From: an uncultured Candidatus Nemicrothrix sp.
Lineage (GTDB): Bacteria; Actinomycetota; Acidimicrobiia; Acidimicrobiales; Aldehydirespiratoraceae
Length of the DNA: 62,826 nucleotides
Assembly: GCA_964513285.1 (NCBI GenBank)
Contig: CAZEML010000003.1
Span: 1 to 62,826 of the forward strand
Direction: 5' to 3'
Shown here: piece by piece, positions 1 to 9,227 of the stretch
How positions within the stretch are numbered: the stretch's first letter is position 1
Layout of the letters: every line of letters begins with the position of its first letter
Notes under the pieces: generated by a model
The model's database searches: none
Told to the model about the DNA's origin: nothing
What the model saw: only the letters and a program-made list of their open reading frames with translations
Position numbers and translations under genes: made by a program

Positions 1-484
1 AGCCCTGCCGCTGGTGGAAGCTCTCCTCCTTGCAGATGCGAACCATCGCCCGGCCGTACGGCCCGTAGGAGCACCGGCAGAGTGGCACCTGGTTCATGAT
101 CGCGGCGCCGTCGACGAGCCAGCCGATCGCGCCGACGTCGGCCCACTCCGGCGTCGGGTAGTTGAAGATGCTCGAGTACTTCTGGGTCTTGTTGTGGAGC
201 CGGTCGAGGAGCTCGCCGCGGTCGATACCGAGGCTCTCGGCCGCGCCGTACAGGTACATCCCGTGACCGGCCTCGTCCTGGACCTTGGCGGTGAGGATCG
301 CCTTGCGCCGCAGCGACGGCGCCCGCGTGATCCACTCGCCTTCCGGCTGCATCCCGATGATCTCGCTGTGGGCGTGCTGCGCGATCTGACGGATCAGGGT
401 CTTGCGGTAGTCGTCGGGCATCCAGTCGTCGGGCTCGATGCGTTCATCGGCCTCGATCAGTGCGTCGAACCGTTCCTGACTCAT
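1..484 (-). CDS. paaA: 1,2-phenylacetyl-CoA epoxidase subunit A (PaaA), N-terminal part, runs off left edge
   Basis: Absent from the ORF track because there is no stop in the window. My translation of the reverse strand from ATG 484-482 reads [52 protein letters not shown]...[12 protein letters not shown]...[11 protein letters not shown], a ferritin-like di-iron PaaA pattern. The ATG overlaps the paaZ stop (ATGA). Confidence 0.8.
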   Translation of the reverse strand, partial: MSQERFDALIEADERIEPDDWMPDDYRKTLIRQIAQHAHSEIIGMQPEGEWITRAPSLRRKAILTAKVQDEAGHGMYLYGAAESLGIDRGELLDRLHNKTQKYSSIFNYPTPEWADVGAIGWLVDGAAIMNQVPLCRCSYGPYGRAMVRICKEESFHQRQG

Positions 485-2508
485 GCGGCACCTCCGGCCG
501 GGTCGCGCTGCGCAACCATGGTCAACACGTCGTAGCTGGCGAGCAGGTTGTCATCTTGATCGACGACCTTGGTGTCCCACCGGACCTCGCCGTAGCCCGC
601 GCCCGCCCGCAGCGACTTCTCCTTGCAGGTGAAGATCACCCGGATCTCGGTGCCCGGGTACGTGGGGGTCGCGAAGCGGAGGTTGTCGACGCCGTAGTTC
701 GCCAACACGGGCCCGGGATCGGGCCACACGAAGAGCCCGGCCGCCATCGACAGCACGAGGTAGCCGTGGGCGACACGACCTTCGAAGATGGGGCTCGCCT
801 TCGCGGCCTCGTCGTCCATGTGGGCGTAGAAGAGGTCGCCGGTGAAGTGGGCGAAGTGCTCGATGTCTTCGAGCGTGATGACGCGAGGCGCGGTGTCGAG
901 GCAATCGCCGACCTCGAGTTCGTCGAAGTAGAGCGTGAACGGATGTCCCTTGTCGCGTCGGGTCGCACCGTCGACCCACACGCCGGTGACGGCGGTGAGC
1001 AGATCGGGCGATCCCTGCACGGCGGTGCGCTGCATGTGATGGAGCACGCTGCGCACGCCGCCGAGCTCTTCGCCGCCACCCGCACGCCCCGGGCCGCCGT
1101 GGACGAGCTGTGGGAGCGGCGAGCCGTGCCCGGTCGAGGCGGCGGCCGACGTGGCGTCGATCGCATGGACCCGTCCGTGGAACGGCGCGATGCCGAGGGT
1201 GATCGCCGCCGACTCCGCAGGGTCGGGCCCGAAGACCGAAGCCACCAGGCTGCCTCGTCCCTTGGCGACGAGGGCGACGGCATCGTCGACGCCGTCGTAG
1301 CCCATGAGGGTGGCGACCGGACCGAAGGGTTCGACGACGTGCGCCAGCGAGGTCGCGGCGTCGTCGGCCTTGAGGAGGGTCGGCGCCAGGAACGCGCCCC
1401 GTTCGGGATCGACCCCGACGAACTCGGTCGAGTCGAAGACCACCTGGCCACCGACCCGAGCGATCGCGGCTCGCACGTCGTCGCGCTGCTCGAGCCCCAC
1501 CAGGGCACCCATGTCGGTGTCGGCGTCGGCGGGGTCCCCGACCACGACGTCGGCCAGCCGCTCGGCCAGGGCCTCGGCGACGGCGTCGAGATGCTGTGCG
1601 GGAACGATGATGCGACGGATGGCGGTGCACTTCTGTCCGGCCTTGGCGATCATCTCGCCGCGCACCGCATCGCAGAAGAGGCCGAACTCCGCAGTGTCCG
1701 GGCCCGCGGAGGGCGCGAGCACGGCGGCGTTGAGCGAGTCCGCCTCCGCGGAGAACCGCACCCCGCGATCGACGAAGGCGCTCTGGGTCGCGAGCCGCCG
1801 AGCGGTGTCGGCCGATCCGGTGAACGACACGGAGTCCTGCTCGTCGAGGTGGTCGAAGATCGGCGAGACGTCGCCGGCGACAAACTGCAGAACACCGTCG
1901 GGCAGCAGGCCGCTGGCGACGATCGACCGAACCACCGCCTCGGCGAGGTACGCGGTGGGCGTGGCCGGTTTCGCGATCGTCGGCACCCCGGCGAGGAACG
2001 CCGGGGCGAACTTCTCGAGCATGCCCCAGACCGGGAAGTTGAAGGCGTTGATCTGCACCGCGACACCCGGCCGGGAGACGTTGACGTGGCGGGCGACGAA
2101 GCTGCCGTCGCGGCTCAACGACTGCACGTCGCCATCGGGCCACACGGTGCTGTTCGGAAGCTCACGACGCCCGATGCCCGAGTAGGCCATGAGCGCGCCG
2201 GCCCCGCCATCGACGTCGATGCCTGAATCGGCGCGAGTAGCGCCGGTGCGCGTGCTCAGCGCGTAGAACTCGCTGGTGTCGGCGAGCAGGTGCTTGCCGA
2301 CCGCTCGCAGGATCGCGGCCCGGTCATGGAAGGTCAGCGCTCGAAGGGCGGGCCCGCCGACGTCGCGGGCGTGGGCATGGGCGGCGGCGAGGTCGACCCC
2401 TCCGCTGCCGACGGTGCCGATGGCCTCGCCGGTGACGGCGTCGGCGACGATGCGGTCACCGTCTCCGGCGACCCAATCCCCCGCGACATAACTCTCGATC
2501 GTGCGCAT
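481..2508 (-). CDS. paaZ: Bifunctional aldehyde dehydrogenase / MaoC hydratase (oxepin-CoA hydrolase, PaaZ type)
   Basis: 675-aa ORF. The N-terminal aldehyde dehydrogenase fold includes [11 protein letters not shown] and FTGSADT. The C-terminal MaoC/hotdog domain includes [16 protein letters not shown]. Length and the paaA neighbour fit PaaZ. Confidence 0.85.
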   Translation of the reverse strand: MRTIESYVAGDWVAGDGDRIVADAVTGEAIGTVGSGGVDLAAAHAHARDVGGPALRALTFHDRAAILRAVGKHLLADTSEFYALSTRTGATRADSGIDVDGGAGALMAYSGIGRRELPNSTVWPDGDVQSLSRDGSFVARHVNVSRPGVAVQINAFNFPVWGMLEKFAPAFLAGVPTIAKPATPTAYLAEAVVRSIVASGLLPDGVLQFVAGDVSPIFDHLDEQDSVSFTGSADTARRLATQSAFVDRGVRFSAEADSLNAAVLAPSAGPDTAEFGLFCDAVRGEMIAKAGQKCTAIRRIIVPAQHLDAVAEALAERLADVVVGDPADADTDMGALVGLEQRDDVRAAIARVGGQVVFDSTEFVGVDPERGAFLAPTLLKADDAATSLAHVVEPFGPVATLMGYDGVDDAVALVAKGRGSLVASVFGPDPAESAAITLGIAPFHGRVHAIDATSAAASTGHGSPLPQLVHGGPGRAGGGEELGGVRSVLHHMQRTAVQGSPDLLTAVTGVWVDGATRRDKGHPFTLYFDELEVGDCLDTAPRVITLEDIEHFAHFTGDLFYAHMDDEAAKASPIFEGRVAHGYLVLSMAAGLFVWPDPGPVLANYGVDNLRFATPTYPGTEIRVIFTCKEKSLRAGAGYGEVRWDTKVVDQDDNLLASYDVLTMVAQRDPAGGAA

Positions 2509-2537
2509 ACGAACCCCTCGAATCTCCTCGCCAAAAT

Positions 2538-2557
2538 ATGATCAAACCTTTGATCAT
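2538..2557. promoter_or_regulatory. AT-rich perfect palindrome ATGATCAAA-CC-TTTGATCAT upstream of paaZ (putative operator)
   Basis: 9-bp inverted arms seen directly, 30 nt upstream of the paaZ start codon, in an otherwise GC-rich intergenic region. Confidence 0.35.
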
Positions 2558-2596
2558 GTCAACGGCTGCGCCCAGCGGCGGCCGAAAAACGCCAAC

Positions 2597-2623
2597 GGCG
2601 GCGGCCCCGAAGGGGCCGCCGCC
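2597..2623 (-). terminator. GC-rich hairpin, likely terminator of the liv-type operon
   Basis: Perfect 12-bp stem GGCGGCGGCCCC/GGGGCCGCCGCC with a GAA loop, about 50 nt downstream of the substrate-binding-protein stop. There is no U tract, which is common in high-GC actinobacteria. Confidence 0.55.
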
Positions 2624-2670
2624 GTGAGCGGATCTTCATCCCGTCACGAGGACGGGTTGGTCAGAGCCGA

Positions 2671-4143
2671 TCAGCCCCCGAAGGAGCCGCCCTGACCCTC
2701 GAAGTCGATGATGTCGGACTGAGCCACGAAGGTCAGACCGCCGTCGACGACCTGGACTTCCTGGATCTGAGCGACCTCGGTCCAGTAGGCGTCGTTCACG
2801 CCGTCGAGCGCCAGCGAGCCACCGAGCAGGTAGGGGCTCGAGGTGTCGATGTTCCACAGGCTCGACATGAAGCCGGTCCGGGTGAGCGGGCCCTCGTCCA
2901 CCGCAGCGCGGAGGGCGGTGACGACCATCTCGCCGTAGATCACACCGGTCGAGAACGAACCGTCGGCGCAGGTCACGTCGCCGTAGTCGGCGAGGATCTG
3001 CTCCATCAGCACGATGGCGGGATCGTCGGCGTACACCGGGTCACCACAGATCTTGTTCGAGTTCGCCATGCGCACGCCCGCACCCTCGTCGGCCAGAAGG
3101 CCAGCAGCGTCCTGCACCGGGGTGAAGAAGCTGGAGAGGTTGTTGCAGGTGTAGGACATGAAGAACCGCGGACGGTAATCCGAAGCGGCGATGGTGCCCA
3201 CGGCCTGCGGGCAGAACGCCGCAGTCGTGCCGGCGACGAAGACGTCGGCACCGCTACCGATGAGCGTGGTCATCTCGTTGGTGACGTCGGGCGCCGCCGG
3301 GTCGTGGTTGGCCTCAGCGACGAGCTCGATCTGGCCGGCGTCGGCGCAGTTCTGCAGCTCGTTCTGGTAGGTCTTGCCGAAGTCGTTGTCCATGATGAGG
3401 GCAGCGACGGTGGCGCCCTCGCCGAACTCGTCGACGATGGCCTGGCACCAGATCTGGGTCTCGGTCACATAGTTGAGGATGTTGCCAACGGTCCACGGGA
3501 AGTTGGCGGGGTCACCCCAGAACGGGAAGCCGGACGAGTTGAAGATCTGCGGGACGCAGGCTTCGTCGGTGATCGGGCGGACCGCCAGGTTGATCGGGGT
3601 ACCGATCGTGTGGGCGAACATGAAGATGTCCTCGGTCTCGAGCATCTCCTCGACGTTGGCAACGGCGCGGCCCGACTCGTAGGCGTCGTCGCGGGTCACC
3701 AGGACCAGCTCCTTGCCGTCGATCGGATCGGTGTCGTTGATGTAGTCGAAGTACATTCCCATGCCTTCGCCGATGGCGCCGAAGGCCGCGAGCTGACCCG
3801 ACTGCGGGCCGGTCCAGCCGATGCGGATTTCGTCGCCGTCCGCGCCGCCGGTGTTGCTCCAGTCCTCGGGGCACTCGCCGACGTCGACGCTGGTGCCGGC
3901 CGCGAGCTCGACGACGCCCTCGACCTCTTCGGCCATGTCGTCGTCGCCGGAGTCGTCCCCGTCGCCGGAGTCGCCGCCGTCGTCAGAGTCGCCGCCGTCG
4001 TCGGAGTCGCCCCCGTCGTCGGTGGAGGCGCCGCTGTCGTCGCCGGAGTCTGCGGTGTCGCCGTCATCGTCATCGCCACACGCGGCGGCGATGAGCGAAA
4101 GCGCGAGCAACACTGCGATCAATCGCAAGAGTCGGTGCTTCAT
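2671..4143 (-). CDS. ABC transporter substrate-binding lipoprotein, branched-chain amino acid (LivJ/K-like family)
   Basis: 490 aa. It has a lipobox (LIAAAC), then a long D/G/S acidic linker, then a periplasmic-binding type I fold. It is the last gene of the livGFHM-like operon. Confidence 0.85.
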   Translation of the reverse strand: MKHRLLRLIAVLLALSLIAAACGDDDDGDTADSGDDSGASTDDGGDSDDGGDSDDGGDSGDGDDSGDDDMAEEVEGVVELAAGTSVDVGECPEDWSNTGGADGDEIRIGWTGPQSGQLAAFGAIGEGMGMYFDYINDTDPIDGKELVLVTRDDAYESGRAVANVEEMLETEDIFMFAHTIGTPINLAVRPITDEACVPQIFNSSGFPFWGDPANFPWTVGNILNYVTETQIWCQAIVDEFGEGATVAALIMDNDFGKTYQNELQNCADAGQIELVAEANHDPAAPDVTNEMTTLIGSGADVFVAGTTAAFCPQAVGTIAASDYRPRFFMSYTCNNLSSFFTPVQDAAGLLADEGAGVRMANSNKICGDPVYADDPAIVLMEQILADYGDVTCADGSFSTGVIYGEMVVTALRAAVDEGPLTRTGFMSSLWNIDTSSPYLLGGSLALDGVNDAYWTEVAQIQEVQVVDGGLTFVAQSDIIDFEGQGGSFGG

Positions 4144-4216
4144 AAAGGTAATCCCTCCCAGGTTTCCTCTGGTCTCCGCTCGTCGGCTGGGGTGCCGGGA
4201 GCGGCCGTACCACTGT

Positions 4217-5437
4217 CTACTCGACGGTGGGATCGGTCTCTTCGATCGCCTCGACGGCGACCTCGGTCATGGGGGCCCCGGCCGGAACCGGGGCTTGGGG
4301 CACGATCGTGATGAATCGGGCCTTGAATCTGCGCCAGCCCGCCGCGACACCGCCGGGCATGAAGAACGTCAACAAGATCAGCATGACGCCGAGCACGAAG
4401 CTGCCGCTCGGCCCCTGGAGCCACCGTTCGGGGATCCCGGGCACGTCCTGGGTCCCGGAGGCCCAGTCGGGGATGACGGCGATGATGACGCCGCCGATCG
4501 CAGCACCCGACAGGGTGCCGACACCGCCGACCACGAGACCGACGATGAAGTTGATGGCGATGAGCTGGGTGAAGTCGTCGGGCGAGGCGATGCCGAGCTC
4601 GGCGACGTAGATCACGCCGCCGACACCACCGAGCGCCGAGGCCACACCGAACGCCAGCGTCTTGGTCTGGGCGAGATCGACACCCGAGACGGCGGCGCCG
4701 GTCTCGTTGTCGCGCACGGCCCGCATGGCACGGCCGGGACGACTCTTGATGAGGTTGGCGACCAGCCAGAAACAGACGGCGGCGATCAACATGAAGAGGA
4801 AGAACTTCCACAGCCGCTCCTCCTGCTTGGCCGGGATCGGCCCATCACCGAAGTAGCCGCCGAGCAGCGGAATGCCCTGGAGGAACTCCGCGAACCCGTC
4901 GAACGGGATCCATCCGGGTGGTTCGAGTTCGGGATCGGCGATCTTGCCGCCCGAACCGTTGGTGTAGGGCTGCAGCGACTCCAGCTTGACGACCGACGGG
5001 AACACCTGGGCCATACCCAACGTGATCAGCGCCAGATACAGGCCTCGAATCCGCAGCGCCGGAAGGCCGAGGACGACGCCGACGATGAAGCAGGCCGGGA
5101 TGACGACCAGAAGGGTCAGCAGGATGTGCCAGTCCTTGTCGGCCACGAGCCATGCCGCGATGTAGGCACCCATGCCGAAGAAGAACGACTGGCCCAAGGC
5201 GAGCTGGCCGGTGTAGCCGACCACGACCTGGAGGCCGAGGATGGCGACGGCGAACGCCACCGCCTTGTTCAAGCGGATGAGGCTGATGTTGTAGGTGTTC
5301 TCGCCGAGCGAGATCGAGCCGACGTCGACGTACGCGAAGGCGATGAGGATGATGGCGAGGACGCCGAGGCCCCAGGTCACCAACTGGTAGGTGCGGTGCT
5401 GACTCGAGCCCGCAGCAATGGTCCAACGTGAATTCAT
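4217..5437 (-). CDS. livM: Branched-chain amino acid ABC transporter permease (LivM type)
   Basis: 406-aa polytopic membrane protein with LivM-like motifs (GQLALGQSFFFGMGAY). Sits in an operon with livH/G/F. Confidence 0.85.
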   Translation of the reverse strand: MNSRWTIAAGSSQHRTYQLVTWGLGVLAIILIAFAYVDVGSISLGENTYNISLIRLNKAVAFAVAILGLQVVVGYTGQLALGQSFFFGMGAYIAAWLVADKDWHILLTLLVVIPACFIVGVVLGLPALRIRGLYLALITLGMAQVFPSVVKLESLQPYTNGSGGKIADPELEPPGWIPFDGFAEFLQGIPLLGGYFGDGPIPAKQEERLWKFFLFMLIAAVCFWLVANLIKSRPGRAMRAVRDNETGAAVSGVDLAQTKTLAFGVASALGGVGGVIYVAELGIASPDDFTQLIAINFIVGLVVGGVGTLSGAAIGGVIIAVIPDWASGTQDVPGIPERWLQGPSGSFVLGVMLILLTFFMPGGVAAGWRRFKARFITIVPQAPVPAGAPMTEVAVEAIEETDPTVE

Positions 5438-5447
5438 GGCGTGCCCC

Positions 5448-6347
5448 TCAGACTCTCTCTACCGCATTGGTGCCGAATAGGCCGGCGGGTCTCACGATCA
5501 GAACGAGCATGAGGACGAACACCGCCGCGGCGAGACTCATCGTGGTCGGGAAGCTCACCCACTCGTTGAGGTACTGCACCAGCACCGACTGCACGAGCCC
5601 GATGGCGAGGCCGCCGACGACGGCGCCCCAGAGACTGTCGAGACCGCCGAGCGCTGCTGCGGCGGCGGCGAAGATCAGCACGCGGAGCATGATCGACGGC
5701 TCGATCTGGCGGATCGGGTTGGCGACGAAGACCGCTGCGGCGAGCGTGCCGACGCCGGCGGCCAGGGCCCAACCGAACTGCAGGGTCGGGCCGACCCGAA
5801 TACCGACGAGCTCGCTCGATTCGAGGTTCGACGAGACAGCACGGAAGGCGAGGCCGATCTTGGTGCGGTTGAGGAGCAGCTGCAGCAGGCTCAGCACCAC
5901 GACCACGGTGATGATCGTGCCAACGGTGTACCAGCCGAGGTTGGCACCACCGATCGAGATTGCGTTGCCATCACCGAACAGGTTCGGGAACGACCGCGGG
6001 TCGAAGCGCCAGACGATCGCGGCCGCGGCATTGATCAAGAGGAACAAGCCCAGTGTGATGATCACCAACGGCAGGTGATCCGCAGGGTCGAACGGTCGGA
6101 TCAGCACCCGCTCGATGCCGGCGGCCAGGATCGCCGAGAGGATCATGGCGATCACCATGGCGATCCACATCGGCACCCCCCACAGCCACATCTGAAGGGC
6201 GAAGAAGGCACCGAGCATGCCCATCTCGCCCTGCGCGAAGTTGATCAGGGTCGTGGCCTTGAAGATCAGGACGAGGGCGACGGCCACGAGGGCGTAGGTC
6301 GACCCGTTGGAAAGGGCGTCGAAGAGACGTTGCAGGAAAAGGTCCAT
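5448..6347 (-). CDS. livH: Branched-chain amino acid ABC transporter permease (LivH type)
   Basis: The track ORF is 5448-6458. I trimmed the start to ATG at 6347 (MDLFLQRLFDALSNGSTYALVA...), a typical LivH N-terminus. Confidence 0.85.
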   Translation of the reverse strand: MDLFLQRLFDALSNGSTYALVAVALVLIFKATTLINFAQGEMGMLGAFFALQMWLWGVPMWIAMVIAMILSAILAAGIERVLIRPFDPADHLPLVIITLGLFLLINAAAAIVWRFDPRSFPNLFGDGNAISIGGANLGWYTVGTIITVVVVLSLLQLLLNRTKIGLAFRAVSSNLESSELVGIRVGPTLQFGWALAAGVGTLAAAVFVANPIRQIEPSIMLRVLIFAAAAAALGGLDSLWGAVVGGLAIGLVQSVLVQYLNEWVSFPTTMSLAAAVFVLMLVLIVRPAGLFGTNAVERV

Positions 6348-6360
6348 GGTCGTTCTCCCC

Positions 6361-7074
6361 TCAGACGCCGAGGTAGGCGCGCCGGATGGCGTCGTCGTTG
6401 ATGAGTTCGTCAGCCGGGCCCTCGACGTCGATTTCGCCAGAGGCCAGCACATAGCCACGGTCGGCGATGCCGAGCGCCAGCTGGGCGTTCTGCTCGACGA
6501 CCAGCAGGGTCGTGCCCTGCTCCTTGTTGAGGGCGGCGAATCGCTCGAAGAGGTCTTCCACGATCAGCGGAGCCAGGCCGAGCGACGGCTCGTCGAGGAG
6601 CAGCAGGCTCGGGCGCGACATGAGCGCCCGGGCGACGGCGAGCATCTGCTGCTCGCCACCCGAGAGCGAGCCGGCGGCTTGGGTGCGACGTTCGTAGAGC
6701 ACCGGGTAGGTCTCGTACCAACGCTCCATGTCGGCCTCGACCTCGTTGTCGGTGCGGGTGTAGGCACCGACTTCGAGGTTGTCCTCGACCGAGAGCTCGG
6801 GGAACGTGCCACGACCCTGGGGGACGTGGGCGACGCCGCGGCGCACGATGTCGGCGCTCTTGGCGCCGACGATCTCGGTGCCGTTCAGCTTCACCGATCC
6901 CGAGGTCTGGATCATGCCGCAGATCGCTCGGAGTGTGGTCGTCTTGCCGGCGCCGTTGGCACCGAGGATCACGACGACCTCGCCCTCGTTGACGTGGAAG
7001 TCGATCCCGTGCAGGACCTGGATGACGCCGTAGCCGGCCTGGAGGCCGCTGACGTCGAGTACTCGTTCGCTCAT
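6361..7074 (-). CDS. livF: Branched-chain amino acid ABC transporter ATP-binding protein (LivF type)
   Basis: 237 aa with Walker A GANGAGKTT, signature LSGGEQQML and Walker B LLLLDEPS. Confidence 0.9.
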   Translation of the reverse strand: MSERVLDVSGLQAGYGVIQVLHGIDFHVNEGEVVVILGANGAGKTTTLRAICGMIQTSGSVKLNGTEIVGAKSADIVRRGVAHVPQGRGTFPELSVEDNLEVGAYTRTDNEVEADMERWYETYPVLYERRTQAAGSLSGGEQQMLAVARALMSRPSLLLLDEPSLGLAPLIVEDLFERFAALNKEQGTTLLVVEQNAQLALGIADRGYVLASGEIDVEGPADELINDDAIRRAYLGV

Positions 7075-7832
7075 GATGACGTCCCCAGGTAGGCGGCGAT
7101 CACTTCGGGGTTCTCCTGCACCTCAGCGGGTGAGCCCTCGGCGATCTTGGAACCGAAGTCCAACACGACGACGTGTTCGGAGATGCTCATGACCATGCCC
7201 ATGTGGTGCTCGACGAGCAGCACGGTCAGATCGAACTGATCGCGGATGCCGCGGATCACGTCGGAGAGTTCGCCGACCTCGGAGTGGGTGAGGCCGGTGG
7301 CGGGCTCGTCGAGCATCAGCAGCTTCGGGCGCCCGATCAGGGCCCGGGCGAGCTCGATGCGCTTCATGGTGCCGTAGGGCAGGCCGGCGCACTGCTTGAA
7401 GGCGTGCTGGGCGAGGCCGAGCTGGTCGAGGACGGCGTAGGCCTCCTCCATCAGCTGCTTCTCCTCCTTCTTGAGGCCGATACGGGCCATCGCGGAGAAG
7501 AAGTTCTGCTTGCTTCGCGTGTGCGCACCGGTCATCACGTTCTCGATGACGCTCATGTTCTGCCAGAGCGCGAGGTTCTGGAAGGTGCGGTACACGCCGA
7601 GCTTGGAGATCTCGTGGGGGGCGTGCGCCAACAGGTCTTCGCCGTTGAACTTCACCGACCCCTCGGTCGGGTCGTAGATGCGGCTGACGACGTTGAACAG
7701 TGTCGTCTTGCCGGCGCCGTTCGGTCCGATGAGGCCCAGGATCTGGCCCTCCTCGATCGAGAACGACAGGTCGCTCAGCGCGGTAATGCCACCGAAGCGA
7801 ACGGTGATACCTCTGACGTCAAGCAGGGCCAT
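7071..7832 (-). CDS. livG: Branched-chain amino acid ABC transporter ATP-binding protein (LivG type)
   Basis: 253 aa with Walker A GPNGAGKTT and Walker B LLMLDEPATG. There is a 4-nt overlap with livF. Confidence 0.9.
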   Translation of the reverse strand: MALLDVRGITVRFGGITALSDLSFSIEEGQILGLIGPNGAGKTTLFNVVSRIYDPTEGSVKFNGEDLLAHAPHEISKLGVYRTFQNLALWQNMSVIENVMTGAHTRSKQNFFSAMARIGLKKEEKQLMEEAYAVLDQLGLAQHAFKQCAGLPYGTMKRIELARALIGRPKLLMLDEPATGLTHSEVGELSDVIRGIRDQFDLTVLLVEHHMGMVMSISEHVVVLDFGSKIAEGSPAEVQENPEVIAAYLGTSS

Positions 7833-7944
7833 AGACCCGAACTCCCCCCGGTCGATTCTGTTCGCCGGAGCCCCCTCCGATGAACGGGCCGCAGTATAGA
7901 CCTGAGTCCGGGGGCCGTCGTCAAGCCGATTCAGCGCAACTCGG

Positions 7945-8730
7945 TCAGGATTTGCGCTCGATCGAGGTCACTCGTTGGAGCCGACGACGTTGCCCGGGGT
8001 AGTCGTTCATGGCGTAGTGGATGGTGGTCCGGTTGTCCCAGATCAGGACCTGGGCCGGTGCCCAACCGACCCGCACCTGGAACTCGGGGCGGGTCTGATG
8101 GCCGTAGAGGAACGCCAACAGGGCATCGGACTCGGCGCGCTCGAGTTCGTTGATCCGGTCGACGAACGCCGGGTTGACGTAGAGGGACGGGCGCCCGGTG
8201 CGCGGGTGGGTCCGCACGACGGGATGCACCGCCGAGGTCTCGGGGCCTTCGGCCATGTCCGGATACACGTGGGTGGCGGTCAGCCCGTCGAGGAAAGACC
8301 GCAACGGCGCGGAGAGGCGATCGAGCGCGCCGACCGTGTCGGCGAACAGGGTGTCGCCGCCGAGCGGCGGGATCTCGAGGCCGTGGAGGATCGACGCCGC
8401 CGCCGGTGGATCGGTGAAGGAGATGTCGCAGTGCCAAAACTCCCCACCGAACGTCTCGGTGTCGGTCGGCTCCTTGAGCACCTCGAGGATCGCGGGATGT
8501 TCGGGGATGGCGGTGAGGAAGGGATGGACCAACGGATCGCCGAACGCCTCGCCGACGCGGATGTGATCGTCGACGCGCAGGCCGGTCTGTCCCGGCAGCG
8601 CGAGTACCTGGTGTTCGTCGAGCAGGGCGTGGAGGGCGTCGAGGTCGGTGTCGGTCGCGGCCGCGAGGTCCACGCCTTCGACCCGAGCGCCGAGCGCCGG
8701 TGCGAGCCGGGTCACGGTCCAGTCGCTCAT
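7945..8730 (-). CDS. TauD/TfdA family Fe(II)/2-oxoglutarate dioxygenase
   Basis: 261 aa. The WHCDISF motif (HxD) and overall TauD-like layout are present. Confidence 0.8.
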   Translation of the reverse strand: MSDWTVTRLAPALGARVEGVDLAAATDTDLDALHALLDEHQVLALPGQTGLRVDDHIRVGEAFGDPLVHPFLTAIPEHPAILEVLKEPTDTETFGGEFWHCDISFTDPPAAASILHGLEIPPLGGDTLFADTVGALDRLSAPLRSFLDGLTATHVYPDMAEGPETSAVHPVVRTHPRTGRPSLYVNPAFVDRINELERAESDALLAFLYGHQTRPEFQVRVGWAPAQVLIWDNRTTIHYAMNDYPGQRRRLQRVTSIERKS

Positions 8731-9224
8731 GCTTCCGCTGCCGCCTTGATGTTCGCGAGCGTTCGCTCGACGCCCTTGCGAATCAACCCCGGTCGGGCCC
8801 CGAGCAGGTCACGGCTGACGCGGTCGAAGCCGGAGTAGGGCGGATAGGCGAACGACTCGGTGAGCTGGGTACCGCCATCGACCGCCTCGAACTCGAACCG
8901 CCAGGTGGTGTAGCCGGCGGAGATGAACTCGAAGACCGCCGCCGGCTCGAACGCCGTGACCTCGGACTCGGTGGTCCAGCGCTTCAGCGGGATCGGGCCG
9001 AGCATCACCTCGTTGTCGCCGGCGAAGCGGGCGCCGGGCGCGGCTTCGGTCGCGCCGTCGAGCCATCGCACCGCTCCGGACTCCGGGCTCCACTCCCCCA
9101 TCCGCTGGAGGTCGGTGACCAGGTCGAAGACGGCTTCAGGCGAGGCCGCGATCGTGACGGTGGCGGAGCCGGTCTGGAGTTCGGGCACGGCGGCAGTCTC
9201 CCGGCCGCGCGCCAGGTGACGCAA
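8727..9224 (-). CDS. SRPBCC (polyketide cyclase/dehydrase-like) family protein
   Basis: 165-aa ORF. ATVTIAASPEAVFDLVTDLQRMGEWSP is a typical SRPBCC N-terminus, so the true start may be internal. Confidence 0.6.
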   Translation of the reverse strand: MRHLARGRETAAVPELQTGSATVTIAASPEAVFDLVTDLQRMGEWSPESGAVRWLDGATEAAPGARFAGDNEVMLGPIPLKRWTTESEVTAFEPAAVFEFISAGYTTWRFEFEAVDGGTQLTESFAYPPYSGFDRVSRDLLGARPGLIRKGVERTLANIKAAAEA

Positions 9225-9227
9225 GGG

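Noticed and set aside
460-2226. Long alternative-frame or antisense ORFs throughout the window, for example 460-2226, 8700-10724, 14277-16214, 19456-20817, 53932-56694 and 58462-61032.
   Set aside because: These are typical high-GC artefacts: Arg/Gly/Pro/Ala-rich and without motifs. Each overlaps an ORF with clear family signatures on the other frame or strand.
3930-4075. A tandem DNA repeat encoding DGGDSD-type acidic units in the substrate-binding lipoprotein.
   Set aside because: This is a low-complexity linker between the lipobox and the binding domain, common in actinobacterial lipoproteins. It is not an independent element.
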